NCBI GenBank assembly: GCA_002269645.1
Contig: NIVC01004837.1
Coordinates: forward strand, 1 to 33,754
Reading direction: 5' to 3'
DNA length: 33,754 nt
DNA from: Macrostomum lignano
Taxonomy: Eukaryota
Below are positions 1-11,190 of this stretch, one piece after another. The translations under genes were made by a program, and so were the position numbers. Every line of letters starts with the position of its first letter. Positions within the stretch are counted from its first letter, which is position 1. The notes under the pieces are model-generated. The model did no database searches, was not told the origin of the DNA, and saw only the letters and a program-made list of their open reading frames with translations.

Positions 1-94
1 CTTTCGTTTTACAAGGCCTTATATGGAGGTTTTTTCATTTATCTATCTATTTCATTCCTACGTGGCAACCCTCCCCCCCCCAAAAAAAAACTAA

Positions 95-2082
95 TCAACA
101 GGACGCCCCGGACAGGGCGGAGAGAACGGGACCGACGCCACCGAATCGACCTCTGGTCGGCAGAGCTCCGCGATCACGGAGGATCGAGCCAACGGATAGG
201 CTGGCTATCAAGACACGAACGCCCGCGAGAACAGCGCCAACCCAGGAGGCTGCGGCTCCAGATGGAACGGCAAAGCAAACAAAAGGAAGGACAACTCTGA
301 TGGCGATCGAGGTCAGGCGCTGTTTGATGGAGGAGGAGACGGTGGAGAAAAAGAATTGCACCATCGGCCGATGGCAGCGTGGCCACAGCAGCTAATCCAG
401 CCGTTTTCTTTATGCAGCAGGATCCAAACCGACCCACCGTTAGGGATACCACCGGAGACGGAGCCATCGGTGAAGTAGAGGGCCGAGTCGGGGCAGCGCA
501 GCTCAATGGCGGAGAGCACTGCCACGGATGCCATCGAACTCTGGGAGCTTTGTAAACATGCAGATGGACTCCACAATCGATAAGAGAATCCGAAGGAGGA
601 TGGTGGATGAGAGGAAAAACAGACGAGGCGGAGCGATCATGGCATCGCAGCAGGCTCTGGCTTGTTCGCGAAGAAGGCCTTTGTTAGCCGCCAGACGGAT
701 GTTCAGGTGCCTGTCGCAGATTTGCCGAAACGGGTCGATGAGGCGGCAGGACGCTTTCTCTTAGGCCATCAGGGCCCATCTTCGGGCTTCGAGACTGATT
801 GGGTGGAAATTCGCCTCCAGGTAGATAGCTTCCACGGAGTAGAGCCAAAGATGACTAAAGATGCGATCAGCCGCGCACAGATCGCTTGCTGGCTTTCGAT
901 GCCGTGTCGAGTCCTGGGGCGGCCCCGTTAGCCCAGACCGCACTGCCATGTCGGCACAGACCCGGATGGTAGCAATGTAGGCTGTGTGCAGGACTCTGGT
1001 ACGTGTCCTCGCCGGTACTGCGGTGAGCTAAGGCGTTGAGGGCGCTGCGGCGCTGGTCATCCGCCGGCGAACTTCCTAGCCGTGCTTGGGAAGTTGAGTT
1101 GGCCATCAAGGGTGACGCCAAGCAGGCGGGGGTTCTGGTTGAAGGCGATGTCATGGCCGCTAATCTTGAGTCGTTTGTTTCAGACGGACAGAGGGTGAAG
1201 GTCGAGTACTCATATTTGTCGTAACTAAGAAGAATTCGAACCTTCCATCGGCGCACCAAGCCGCCGTGGCATCGAGGGCTGGTTGGATGATGCCGGTGCA
1301 GTCGGTGAGGCAGCGGTGGTGGCGAGGAAGCTACTGTCATCGGCGAACAAGTTGATGCCGCAGTCCGGGATAGCGGTCCTGATGGCGGCCGGGAGGTCGT
1401 TCGCGAAAATGAGCCAGAGAAGGGGTCTAGGACGCTACCCTGGGGGAGGCCGTCCTCAAAGACCCGCTCGCGACTGGCCCGTTGACCCATTTGACCCTCG
1501 TGCGGCGGTGGCTCAAGAAGCGATGGATCCAGAACACAAAGCGTGCGGGAATACCGAGGTCCTGGTCGAGCCTGGTTGGGCGTAAGGACGCCGTTGGATT
1601 CCAGCCAGTAGGACAGGCGTTGTTGGACGAGGCACTCGGTGAGCTTGGCAATTGCAGCTGGTGAGCGCGATTGGCCTGTAGGACGTCGGCTTGCCGGGTT
1701 CATTTCCTTTCTTTGGGATCGGGACGATGGTTGTCCATCCGGAAGGCACTGGCTGGCCTTTGCAGACTTCTTAATCAGGTCCAGAAGGCGACCCTCGGCG
1801 GTAGCATGGAGCTGTTTTAGCATCTCGTTTATACAGATCCCGTCGGGGCTCGCGCACTTGCCTGAATTGAGACGTTTCATAGCGTTTTTGAGTTCGGCCT
1901 GTGAGAAGTCCTTTTCGATGTCGAGGCGGCTTTCAGTGGCGCGGCAAGCTCTAGGAAAGCGTTGCAGGCTTCGCTGCGCGTGTTTATACGGTCGTTGGGC
2001 CGGGCTCGAGTTTGGACTCGGAGGCGCAGATGGTGGCGCAAAGCTCGGCCTTTTCCTGATTAGTGGAGGCGATGCGTGTGTG
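95..2082 (-). mobile_element. Decayed non-LTR retrotransposon (I/Jockey-group LINE) with RT and partial RNase H; frameshifted and internally deleted
   Basis: Minus-strand fragments appear in canonical order across frames: TNQEKAEL, MKRLNSGKCASPDGI, TIVPIPKKG..YRPIALTS, LGIPARFVFWIHRFL, GLPQGSVL, LFADD (1350-1336), TAYIATIR/GSAVW, and RNase H YFTDGS (~470-490). The segment that should hold the D..KAFD motif is missing between NQA and LGIP. No 3' tail is visible. Confidence 0.9.
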
Positions 2083-2426
2083 GGCCAGACTACTGTGGCA
2101 GACATCCTGCGCGCCGCGTCCCACACTATCTCGCGGGGCTGTCGCCGCGGCGCCTTCAAGTCCTTCTGGAACAGCGACTGCGACGCCGCCCAGAGGGCTT
2201 GTCAATCTGCTCGCAGCTGTGCCGAACTCGACGCCACGGAGCAGAACGTTGCCGCTCTTCAACAGACGCGCACCCACCTCCGCAGCACCATCGCCCTGGG
2301 CGAAGCGGCTGCACTGGGAGGACACCTGCTTCAATCTTGACGTCAACTCCGACCTCTTCCGCCTAGCGCGCAACGCCCCCGTGGTGACGCCCCGCCGGGT
2401 CGCTCCAGTGCGTCCATTAGGCACAC
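2083..2426 (+). mobile_element. Inverted 5' segment of the same LINE (endonuclease-RT linker)
   Basis: Plus-strand peptide ILRAASHTISRGCRRGAFKSFWNSDCDAA...WEDTCFNLDVNSDLFRLAR matches the typical post-endonuclease linker. It joins the minus-strand part in frame through a shared CACAC (2422-2426 / 2080-2076). Confidence 0.75.
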
Positions 2427-2995
2427 CTTGGAGTCCTGACTCTGACTGTTAATTTTTGTTGTTGTTGCTGCATGTTGTTATTGTTGTCAGTATCAAACGA
2501 TCAAAAGATGAATCTTTGCAACTTAATTAAAAAATCAACATTTCAACACCTATATGTCTTGGAGCCTTGGATCTGGGTAAAAACTGACTGACAAAAGCAG
2601 AGAATGTTCTGTTTGATTGTTTTTAGGAGTGGTTCGAAACTAGTAAAGTTATTACTACGAAGCATTTTCGCACAAATTTAAGTGGTCTCACGTTTCTCAG
2701 AAAACATTTGCCGGACCAGTTACACACGCTGTCGCTGGATCTTTCCGTGTGTGATTAAGAAGTTATCTTTAAACTTAAAATTACATTGTCTTATTGTGTA
2801 AAGAGTGTGACATTTTTTTCAATTTTTTTGTCTTTTTAGACATAGAAATCTGAGTTTTCAAGCGTTCGATACCACAGACACGACTTGTTATTGTTAATCC
2901 ATAATTCAACCTTACCACTGTTTTTGCTAACCAACTGTCGTGTCGATTGCGAATTTTCGATTGCTTTAGACTAGGCCTAAGCGTGAGGAATAAGG

Positions 2996-3192
2996 ATGGC
3001 TGGAGGATCGAATGGGGCATTTCGATTCTTCTCAGAATATGATGATGACGATGAGGACGAAGATGAGTTTTCAAAGTTGTTTCTACAAGGCTATTCCTGC
3101 AACATTTATCATGATAGTCAAAAGTACATTGAAATTAACTCTGGAAAATATTTAATTCCTTGGACTGCTGATCAAGAAATTTTAATTGATAG
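2996..3192 (+). CDS. SFSWAP: SWAP/suppressor-of-white-apricot splicing factor, exon 1 of 4 (model 2996-3192, 6896-7068, 7863-8337, 9589-10405; 553 aa)
   Basis: LFLQGYSCNIYHD...GKYLIPWTADQEILIDR resembles the SFSWAP N-terminus (GYACKLF...LIPWMGDHKILIDR). Phase-2 donor AG|GTAAGT at 3193. Confidence 0.9.
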
Positions 3193-3596
3193 GTAAGTAT
3201 TATTTTAAAATATTACCCTATCAATTGTAGCATTCATATTAAATTGATTTATTTCTTAACTTAAGAACCCTTTTATCTAGCTAAACCTATATTATATTAT
3301 TATAGCATTGGTCTATCTAAATAAACCAATTTGCCATATAAGCCGACCATTGCAAAAGCTAAATCCTGTAAATTCTAAGTATATAGATATAGATAGGCTT
3401 GATATCACTAAGTACAATATATAACCTAGATTATTTGAAAATGATAAGTATCTTATCTACTTTAAATAAGAATTATAATTAATTATAGATAATAGTTTTC
3501 AAATTTGAAATATTCTAATATTTTAAACTTATAGTTTTATAAAAATATACTTAGTGTATGTATTTTTATAAAAAGTTTTTTAAATATTATTAATGC

Positions 3597-4324
3597 ATAA
3601 TGGCAGTGCCTATTTAGCCGACACCGGTCGAATAAGTTCGCTACTATTTAGCCAGCACCAGTCAAATAATCGCGTCACTATTTAGCCGCCAGTCTTGCCC
3701 CACTACTGCTGGTCAAATAAGCTTGTCACTATTTAGCCGGCAATCCTGGCCCCCAATGGACATGCTGGTCAAAATACATTTATACATTTTATAACTGCGC
3801 ACTGCTCGTCATGACCTTAAGTTAATAATTTAACATACTACAAGCTAATTATTTATACTACAATTTTAGAGTTCTTAGTTAAAGGTGTTTGCAGTGGTTT
3901 TTGGCTTTAATGAGTGGTTTTGATTCAGAGATTAAAGTGAAAGTAAAACATGCATAATTAACTTTTTTTCGTTTATGTGTCTTCTAATGCTTCAAATAAT
4001 TTCCGGAATATGCAAGACTTCCAAAAACAGTTAAACAAACTTGAAGGCAAGTAATAAATTGTACTGAATCTGCATTGATTTATATTCGTTGTACCTACTT
4101 TGTATTACCCAAAGTTTGAATATCTCGAATAAATATATATAATGGCATGGCCATTGGGGGCCAGGATTGCCGGCTTAATAGTGACAAGCTTATTTGACCG
4201 GCAGTGGAGCAGGACTGCCGGCTAAATAGTAACAAGCCTTTTTGACTGGCAGTGGGGCAGGACTGCTGGCTAAATAGTAGCAAACTTATTCGGCCAGTGC
4301 TGGCTAAATAAGGGTTTCCATTAT
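3597..4324. mobile_element. Foldback/MITE-like non-autonomous DNA element with ~175-bp inverted arms (SWAP intron 1)
   Basis: 3712-3765 is a near-perfect reverse complement of 4145-4198. The arms consist of ~45-bp subrepeats (TATTTAGCC...GTCAAATAAG). Ends read TA-ATGG...CCAT-TA. Confidence 0.75.
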
Positions 4325-4603
4325 TAATTATTATATCATTTGACTCTAACTAACAATAAAATCTTTTAACTTAATCTTCCCAAAAAACCAAGAGCCTATC
4401 ATTAAAATATCTATTATTAATAATGAAACTAAGTCAAAAGCCTATTATTAGTATTAGGCATTTTTGAATTTTGGCCTTTTTTAGGTTTAGGATTCTAGAC
4501 TATTTACCATCTAAATTATAGTTAGTCTACTTTGGTAACAAAGCATAACCAATTCAGTAACAGTCATTTTGATAATAGCCAATTCAGTAACAAGTGAAAA
4601 GGG

Positions 4604-4790
4604 GGGGTCGTAGCCGAGTGGTTTAGCGCAGGCTCTGGTGTGCCAGCAACCTAGGCTCGATTCCAAGTGCAGTCACATTAATTTGGGGCTGAATTGGAAT
4701 CTTGGCTTGGCTCTGCTCATGCAATTAACGGCCTTGAGAGCCAACTTCCAAGGTGCAGTGAAGTGTACATGCCTAATAATAAAATAAAGT
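4604..4790 (+). mobile_element. tRNA-derived SINE
   Basis: A box TAGCCGAGTGG (4611-4621) and B box GGCTCGATTCC (4654-4664) at tRNA-like spacing. No intact cloverleaf. Unrelated body, then a TAATAATAAAATAAA tail. Confidence 0.7.
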
Positions 4791-5937
4791 TAGGGCCGCT
4801 GTACACTCTTGTGTGAGTGTGTGCCTGCGTACGTATCCGTGCACTTGTTTGCCTCTGTGCCTGCTCAGGGGAGTCAGCGGAATGGGCAGTAATGCATCTC
4901 GCCAGTTGTGTGACAATGCCGCTCAAAGTGCGCCAGGGTGCAGACAACCTCCCTGCCTCTAATAAAAAAACAACAAGTGAGAATGACAACATATATTGAT
5001 TGAAATATTTCAATAAAATGCAAATGAATTTGAACAAAAAAGACAAAAAATAATTAAGATACATTCTTGCATACTTCAAGAGATTTTAATTGATGCAAAA
5101 AACTATTTGTTTAATTTGTTTAAAAGTGTTTTTAACCTATATTTTTTATTTTCTAGTTGTACCAAATGCATGCACCAAAGACATCCTATAATTGACCAAA
5201 TATTGTATACATTGGAAGTTATGAGTTAGTAATTTAAAATTTCTAAAAATTTTAAAAAATAGAATGCATTTTGATTTTTGCTTAATTTTCTTTGCCTTCA
5301 AATTTTCACAAAGTTAACATGCAAGTTTAAACCAAGTATAATATGCTTAAACTAGAAAATTAAACCTTATATGACAATAAATATTTAAGATGTTGAATAT
5401 TTAACTAATTATCAAAGTGAGGTAGTGCCTGTGTTAAGTAAAAAATGATAGTCTCTTTTTATGCACAATTAATACTTTATATTTTGTTATACTTTCTTAG
5501 AAACTTGCATATTCAAATTAATGCAAATTTTGTTTAACTGTTGTTATTTTTGAAAATATTCCAAAGTTATTATAATCATTCTCATTAAATTTGCTTGTGT
5601 TCAGAAAGGCTTATTAATTTCTATAGTAAAACTCCAAACATTGGAAGTATCAGAAACCGCTAAAAGCGAGAATCGCCTCAGGGCAGGGAAAATGCATAAG
5701 GCTGTGACCCTCTGATTCAGGGAAGGCCTAGGACTGAGAGAAAACTTATATGAGTAAATAGAGTAGACAGTGCTATTAGACTTCTCAGGCCAAAGAGTAC
5801 AGTACATTTTTCAGATGCTACAATAAGATAAGTAAATGCTACCAATATAGAATTAGATTAGAGGAGTCACGCTACCAATAAGTATAAGTACATTTGTGCA
5901 AAAATACATTAATTAAATTAAGTATAAAAATTAGCCC

Positions 5938-6212
5938 TGTAACAGCTAGTGGCATTGTGAGATTATTTATAAAGACAGAAGGTCAGCCCCTTTGACAACT
6001 TTGGTGTCAGCGGTGGGATAATTTCAGTGAAAGCAATCATGCCTGTTACAACTTTGGTGGCTAATTAGTGAGATATTAATAGAAGGAAGCTCATCCCTAT
6101 CACAAAAGGTATAAGCTTCTGTTTTATCAAAATAATTCTATGGCTATCACCAAGTTGACAAAGGACCAAACTTCTATCTTTAAATCTCAATTGCTACCAC
6201 TAAAGGTTGTTA
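5938..6212. repeat. Degenerate inverted repeat, probably an old MITE
   Basis: TAGTGG..GAGATT..TAAAGACAGAAG..CCTTTGACAACTTTGGTG (~5940-6010) is mirrored, with indels, at ~6140-6212. Confidence 0.45.
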
Positions 6213-6895
6213 GTTTCTTTCAACCTCCATAAAGAATCTCCCATCCTAAAACCCCCCATTCCCCATGCCCTGTGGTTGGGTTTAAGCTACCAAAAATGAA
6301 GCTCAAATTTGAAATCATCACTATCAAAACCCCCTGAAGAGACCTTATTTGCAAAATATTAATTTGTATCACAAAAATTAAAACAAAATATTTTAGTGGA
6401 CATTTGAATACAGTATTTTCTAAGAAGTATTAGGTTGTAATTGTAGCAAAAATATACTAGAAGGATATATAGTATTATAGAAAAAGGTGCACTATTTCAT
6501 AATTATTGCTAAGGTTAAGTATAATAAAGATATAGTATTGGCAATCTTAAATATACTGAAAAAATATGTGCTTTTGTTTTTTGTCTAATAATAAAGACTC
6601 TATGTTAGCAATGGTTTATGCTTGAAGTATTGATACTTAATATAAGATCCTAGCTGCACTCTTTCATTTCTATATAGCTTCATGTCATGATTATACATAC
6701 ATAAAATTATTTACAAAAAAGGTTATGGTCAAATTATATATAAGATTTTTCACTTTCCAAAAACCATTAAACTTGTCATTGAATTTTAAGCATGCATTAA
6801 AAATCTATAAGCCATAGAGGCCAACAATTTCACTGGTATAAAATAATTTCATAATGATAAATAGATTACAGTGCTTACTAATTTGCTAATCTTAG

Positions 6896-7068
6896 GTTTG
6901 ATGTTTGCGGCTGTCTAACAGAACTGCCTGGTGGACATTCAACTACCGCATCTACCAATAATGCTACCCAAACACAAGCAGCTGAGGATGCTGATATTGA
7001 AGCCGAGTGTGAGAAAGAACGATATTTGGAACTCGATGAGAACTGGCAACATTATCAACTTTTGGAGG
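6896..7068 (+). CDS. SFSWAP: SWAP exon 2 (DRY_EERY domain)
   Basis: Acceptor CTTAG|G. Encodes (R)FDVCGCL...EDADIEAECEKERYLELDE, completing the DRY/EERY motifs. Donor G|GTGAGA at 7069. Phases fit the flanking exons. Confidence 0.88.
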
Positions 7069-7188
7069 GTGAGACTGCTTATGAGTTTATATATAATATT
7101 CATGTGCTTTTTTAAAGGGCATTTTTTAAAGTTCATTCCTAAAATCCTTGCAAAATGTATTTTACAGGTACTTGTCCAAGACTTAGTC

Positions 7189-7850
7189 TGACTATAATAC
7201 AGTCCTAATAAAAAATCGCCCTGATTACTGTAATATGGTCCTAATAACTGCCCTAATTACTAATACAGTCCTAATAACTGCCCTGATTACTGTAATATGG
7301 TCCTAATAACTGCCCTGATTACTGTAATATGGTCCTAATAACTGCCCTGATTACTGTAATATGGTCCTAATAACTGCCCTAATTACTAATACAGTCCTAA
7401 TAACTGCTCTGATTACTGTAATATGGTCCTAATAACTGCCCTAATTACTAATACAGTCCTAATAACTGCCCTGATTACTGTAATACAATCCTAATAACTG
7501 CCCTGATTACTGTAATACAGTTCTAATAACTGCCCTGATTGCTGTAATACAATCCTAATAACTGCCCTGATTATTGCAATACAGTCCTAATAACTGCCCT
7601 GATTACTGTAATACAGTTCTAATAACTGCCCTGATTACTGTAATACAGTCCTAATAACTGCCCTGATTACTGTAATACAGTCCTAATAACTGCCCTGATT
7701 ACTGTAATACAGTTCTAATAACTGCCCTGATTACTGTAATACAGTCCTAATAACTGCCCTGATTACTGTAATACAGTTCTAATAACTGCCCTGATTACTG
7801 TAATACAGTCCTAATAACTACCCTGTTTACTGTAATACAGTCCTAATAAC
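7189..7850. repeat. 32-bp minisatellite, ~20 copies (SWAP intron 2)
   Basis: Unit AATAACTGCCCTGATTACTGTAATACAGTCCT. Period of 32 read directly (7621 to 7653). Confidence 0.95.
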
Positions 7851-7862
7851 CTCCAAATGCAG

Positions 7863-8337
7863 AGGAGCACCAGAAGCGAGTCGCCATGGCTAATAAATCG
7901 TCATTCAGCGAAGTGGCCTTCAACTATTCGGAGTCGGCGTCGAAGGACAGCAACGGCGACTCGAATTCTACAGCAATGACGGCTCAGTCAAGCTTGGTAG
8001 AGCCTGCAACCGATGCAGCGGCAGCAGCAGCAGCAGCAGCAGCAGCCTCAGCAACACCAGAAGAAGAGGCAGACAGCGAACCATTTGCTGTTCCAATCAA
8101 TTTAGACGTGCCTCGCGATATGCGAATGCCAATGACCAAGCGACAGGGGGCCATAATTGACAAGACTGCCCAGTTCCTGGCCAGGCACGGGCCGCAGATG
8201 GAAATTGTATTGAAAACTAAACAGAGTGGCAATGCTAGTTTTCGATTTTTAAGCTATGGCGACGAACTCTATCCTTATTATCGACTGGTGTTGGAGGCCA
8301 TCCGGCAGGGTCGTTATGTGCCTCTGGCGCCGCCTAA
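7863..8337 (+). CDS. SFSWAP: SWAP exon 3 (SURP domain 1)
   Basis: Acceptor TGCAG|AG. Encodes SFSEVAFNY and AIIDKTAQFLARHGPQMEIVLKTKQSGNASFRFLSYGDELYPYY (SURP). Donor AA|GTGAGT at 8338. Confidence 0.92.
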
Positions 8338-8376
8338 GTGAGTTTTAATACTGCTTTGTTTATTAGTTTCATGGTG

Positions 8377-9543
8377 TCATACTAGTCTCATATTAGTCTC
8401 TTAGTCTCAGTCTCATACTAGTCTCATATTAGTCTCTTAGTCTCAGTCTCATACTAGTCTCATATTAGTCTCTTAGTCTCAGTCTCATACTAGTCTCATA
8501 TTAGTCTCTTAGTCTCAGTCTCATACTAGTCTCATATTAGTCTCTTAGTCTCAGTCTCATACTAGTCTCATATTAGTCTCTTAGTCTCAGTCTCATATTA
8601 GTCTCATAGTCTCTTATTAGTCTCATATTAGTCTCATAGTCCCATATTAGCCTCATATTGGTCTCATAGTCTCGTATTAGTCTCATATTAGTCTTATAGT
8701 CTCATATTAGCCTCATATTGGTCTCATAGTCTCGTATTAGTCTCATATTAGTCTTATAGTCTCATATAATTCTCAGTCTCATACTAGTCTCATATTAGTC
8801 TCTTATTAGTCTTATATTAGTCTCAGTCTCATACTAGTCTCATATTAGTCTCTTATTAGTCTTATATTAGTCTCAGTCTCATACTAGTCTCATATTAGTC
8901 TCTTAGTCTCAGTCTCATACTAGTCTCATATTAGTCTCATAGTCTCTTATTAGTCTCATATTAGTATCTTAGTCTCAGTCTCATACTAGTCTCATATTAG
9001 TCTCTTAGTCTCAGTCTCATACTAGTCTCATATTAGTCTCTTAGTCTCAGTCTCATACTAGTCTCATATTAGTCTCTTAGTCTCAGTCTCATACTAGTCT
9101 CATATTAGTCTCTTAGTCTCAGTCTCATACTAGTCTCATATTAGTCTCTTAGTCTCAGTCTCATACTAGTCTCATATTAGTTTCATATTAGTCTCAGTCT
9201 CATATTAGTCTCATAGTCTCTTATTAGTCTCATATTAGTCTCATAAGTCCCATATTAGCCTCATATTGGTCTCATAGTCTCGTATTAGTCTCATATTAGT
9301 CTTATAGTCTCATATAATTCTCAGTCTCATACTAGTCTCATATTAGTCTCTTAGTCTCAGTCTCATATTAGTCTCATATTAGTCTCTTAGTCTCAGTCTC
9401 ATATTAGTCTCATATTAGTCTCGTAGTCTCTTATTAGTCTCATATTAGTCTCATAGTCTCATATTAGCCTCATATTAGTCTCATAGTCTCTTATTAGTCT
9501 CGTATTAGTCTCATAGTCTCGTATTAGTCTCGTATTAGTCTCA
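8377..9543. repeat. TAGTCTC-based satellite with a 36-bp higher-order unit (SWAP intron 3)
   Basis: Unit TTAGTCTCAGTCTCATACTAGTCTCATATTAGTCTC, plus ATTAGTCTCAT variants. Confidence 0.95.
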
Positions 9544-9588
9544 CCCTGAGATCTCAGTTGATACGCACTCCATCTAAACGCACTCCAG

Positions 9589-10405
9589 ACCAATGAACCT
9601 GGCGCCAGACGACCTGCATCACGCGCCGCAGTCTTCCTCCGCCGCTGCCACTTCAATCAGCCTACCAAAAGTCAGTACAGCGGGCACTTCTTATGCTAAA
9701 TTATTGGAACAGTTCCGCCAACGCCAGCAAGAACAGGAAGACGAGCAACAACAGCAGCAGCAACAGCAGCAACAGAAGGAGCAGCAAGCAGTGCTCATGG
9801 CTTATCATCAGCCGCCGCCGCCGCCGCCGCCGCCCCCTCCGCCGCCGCCGCCGGCGCCCACGGCTACCTCTGCAAGCGGTGAGCTGACCGATTCTCAATC
9901 AGCGATCCCAGCTGAGCTCGAGCTGGCTGTGCAGTGCAACCAGCCAGCCGATGAAGAGACCAAACTCATCATTGACAAATTGGCAGCTTATGTACAGCGC
10001 AATGGCACAGATTTTGAAGCCGTTGTCAAGGCTCGATCCGATTCTAGATTTGATTTTCTACAATCCAGTCATCGGTATCATCCATATTATCTGATGAAGT
10101 GCGGTCGGCTAGAGGAGTGTCGAAAAGTTCTGTCGATGCAACGGCAACATAAGGAGGAACAGCAACTGTCAGGTCAAGCAACAGTCAGTCAGCAACAGCA
10201 GCAGCAATCGACTTCAGCTGATGATAACTATATTCGTAAGCAGCTCGAACGTAAACGAAAGGCTATGGCTTTTTTAGCCAGGGTTGGCGGTTCTTCCGCT
10301 TCTACATCTGGTGCCAGTTTCACTGCAGACAATGGGGCTGCCTCTGCGACTACTACTACTAGTAATAATAGTAAGAAGGTGAAGCTGCAGTTTAAAGAGA
10401 ATTAA
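9589..10405 (+). CDS. SFSWAP: SWAP exon 4 (polyQ/polyP, SURP domain 2, ERKRKAMAFL motif, stop)
   Basis: Acceptor CTCCAG|A in the correct phase. IIDKLAAYVQRNGTDFEAVVKARSDSRFDFLQSSHRYHPYY is a SURP domain. Stop TAA at 10403-10405. Confidence 0.9.
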
Positions 10406-10409
10406 TAAA
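10404..10409 (+). other. Candidate polyadenylation signal overlapping the SWAP stop codon
   Basis: AATAAA in TAATAAAG, followed by T-rich sequence. Confidence 0.45.
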
Positions 10410-10480
10410 GCAAATTTTTAATCCATTTATTGGTCTTGGACTAGCAGTTTGTGCGTTCTGTTTTTTTATTAGCTGTTTGC

Positions 10481-11190
10481 TGTGTCTGTACGTCTGTGTC
10501 CGTGTGTCTGTAGGTACCTGTGTCCGTGTGTCTGTAGGTCTGTGTCCGTGTGTCTATAGGTACCTGTGTCCGTGTGTCTGTAGGTCTGTGTCCGTGTGTC
10601 TGTACGTCTGTGTCCGTGTGTCTGTAGGTACCTGTGTCCGTGTGTCTGTAGGTACCTGTGTCCGTGTGTCTGTAGGTCTGTGTCCGTGTGTCTGTAGGTC
10701 TGTGTCCGTGTGTCTGTAGGTCTGTGTCCGTGTGTCTGTAGGTCTGTGTCCGTGTGTCTGTAGGTCTGTGTCCGTGTGTCTGTAGGTCTGTGTCCGTGTG
10801 TCTGTAGGTCTGTGTCCGTGTGTCTGTAGGTCTGTGTCCGTGTGTCTGTAGGTCTGTGTCCGTGTGTCTGTAGGTCTGTGTCCGTGTGTCTGTAGGTCTG
10901 TGTCCGTGTGTCTGTAGGTCTGTGTCCGTGTGTCTGTAGGTCTGTGTCCGTGTGTCTCTGGCCGTGTCCGTGTGTCTATGGCCGTGTCCGTGTGTCTATG
11001 GCCGTGTCCGTGTGTCTATGGCTGTGTCCTTGTGTCTGTAGGTCTGTGTCCGTGTGTCTATGTCTGCTCTCTGTAGGTCTGTGTCCGTTTGTCTGTTTGT
11101 CTGTAGATCTGTCTTTTTGTTTAGGTCTGTGTTTGTCAGATGTCTGTTTACCGGGTGTCTGTATATCCGTAAATCTATCTGCGTGTGTCT
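10481..11190. repeat. 22-bp minisatellite downstream of SWAP
   Basis: Unit TGTCCGTGTGTCTGTAGGTCTG, decaying after ~11060. Confidence 0.95.

Noticed and set aside
17-72. CArG box CCTTATATGG (17-26) and hAT-like terminus TGGCAACCCT (63-72)
   Set aside because: These are short motifs at the window edge with no partner end or linked promoter visible, so they cannot be distinguished from chance.
528-1664. Plus-strand ORFs over the LINE body
   Set aside because: These are antisense shadows of GC-rich RT sequence. The recognisable motifs in this interval are all on the minus strand.
82-2460. Weak inverted similarity between the two flanks of the LINE (GGCGTCCTG..TTAGTTTTT vs GGAGTCCTG..TTAATTTTT)
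   Set aside because: Too short and gapped to call a TIR or TSD.
4604-4680. Functional tRNA gene
   Set aside because: A and B boxes are present, but the acceptor and anticodon stems do not pair and there is no Pol III terminator directly after. It is better explained as a SINE head.
5157-5229. Possible poison exon in SWAP intron 1 (TTTTCTAG| acceptor, in-frame stop after ~24 codons)
   Set aside because: No convincing donor, and such acceptors are common in AT-rich introns. It needs RNA evidence.
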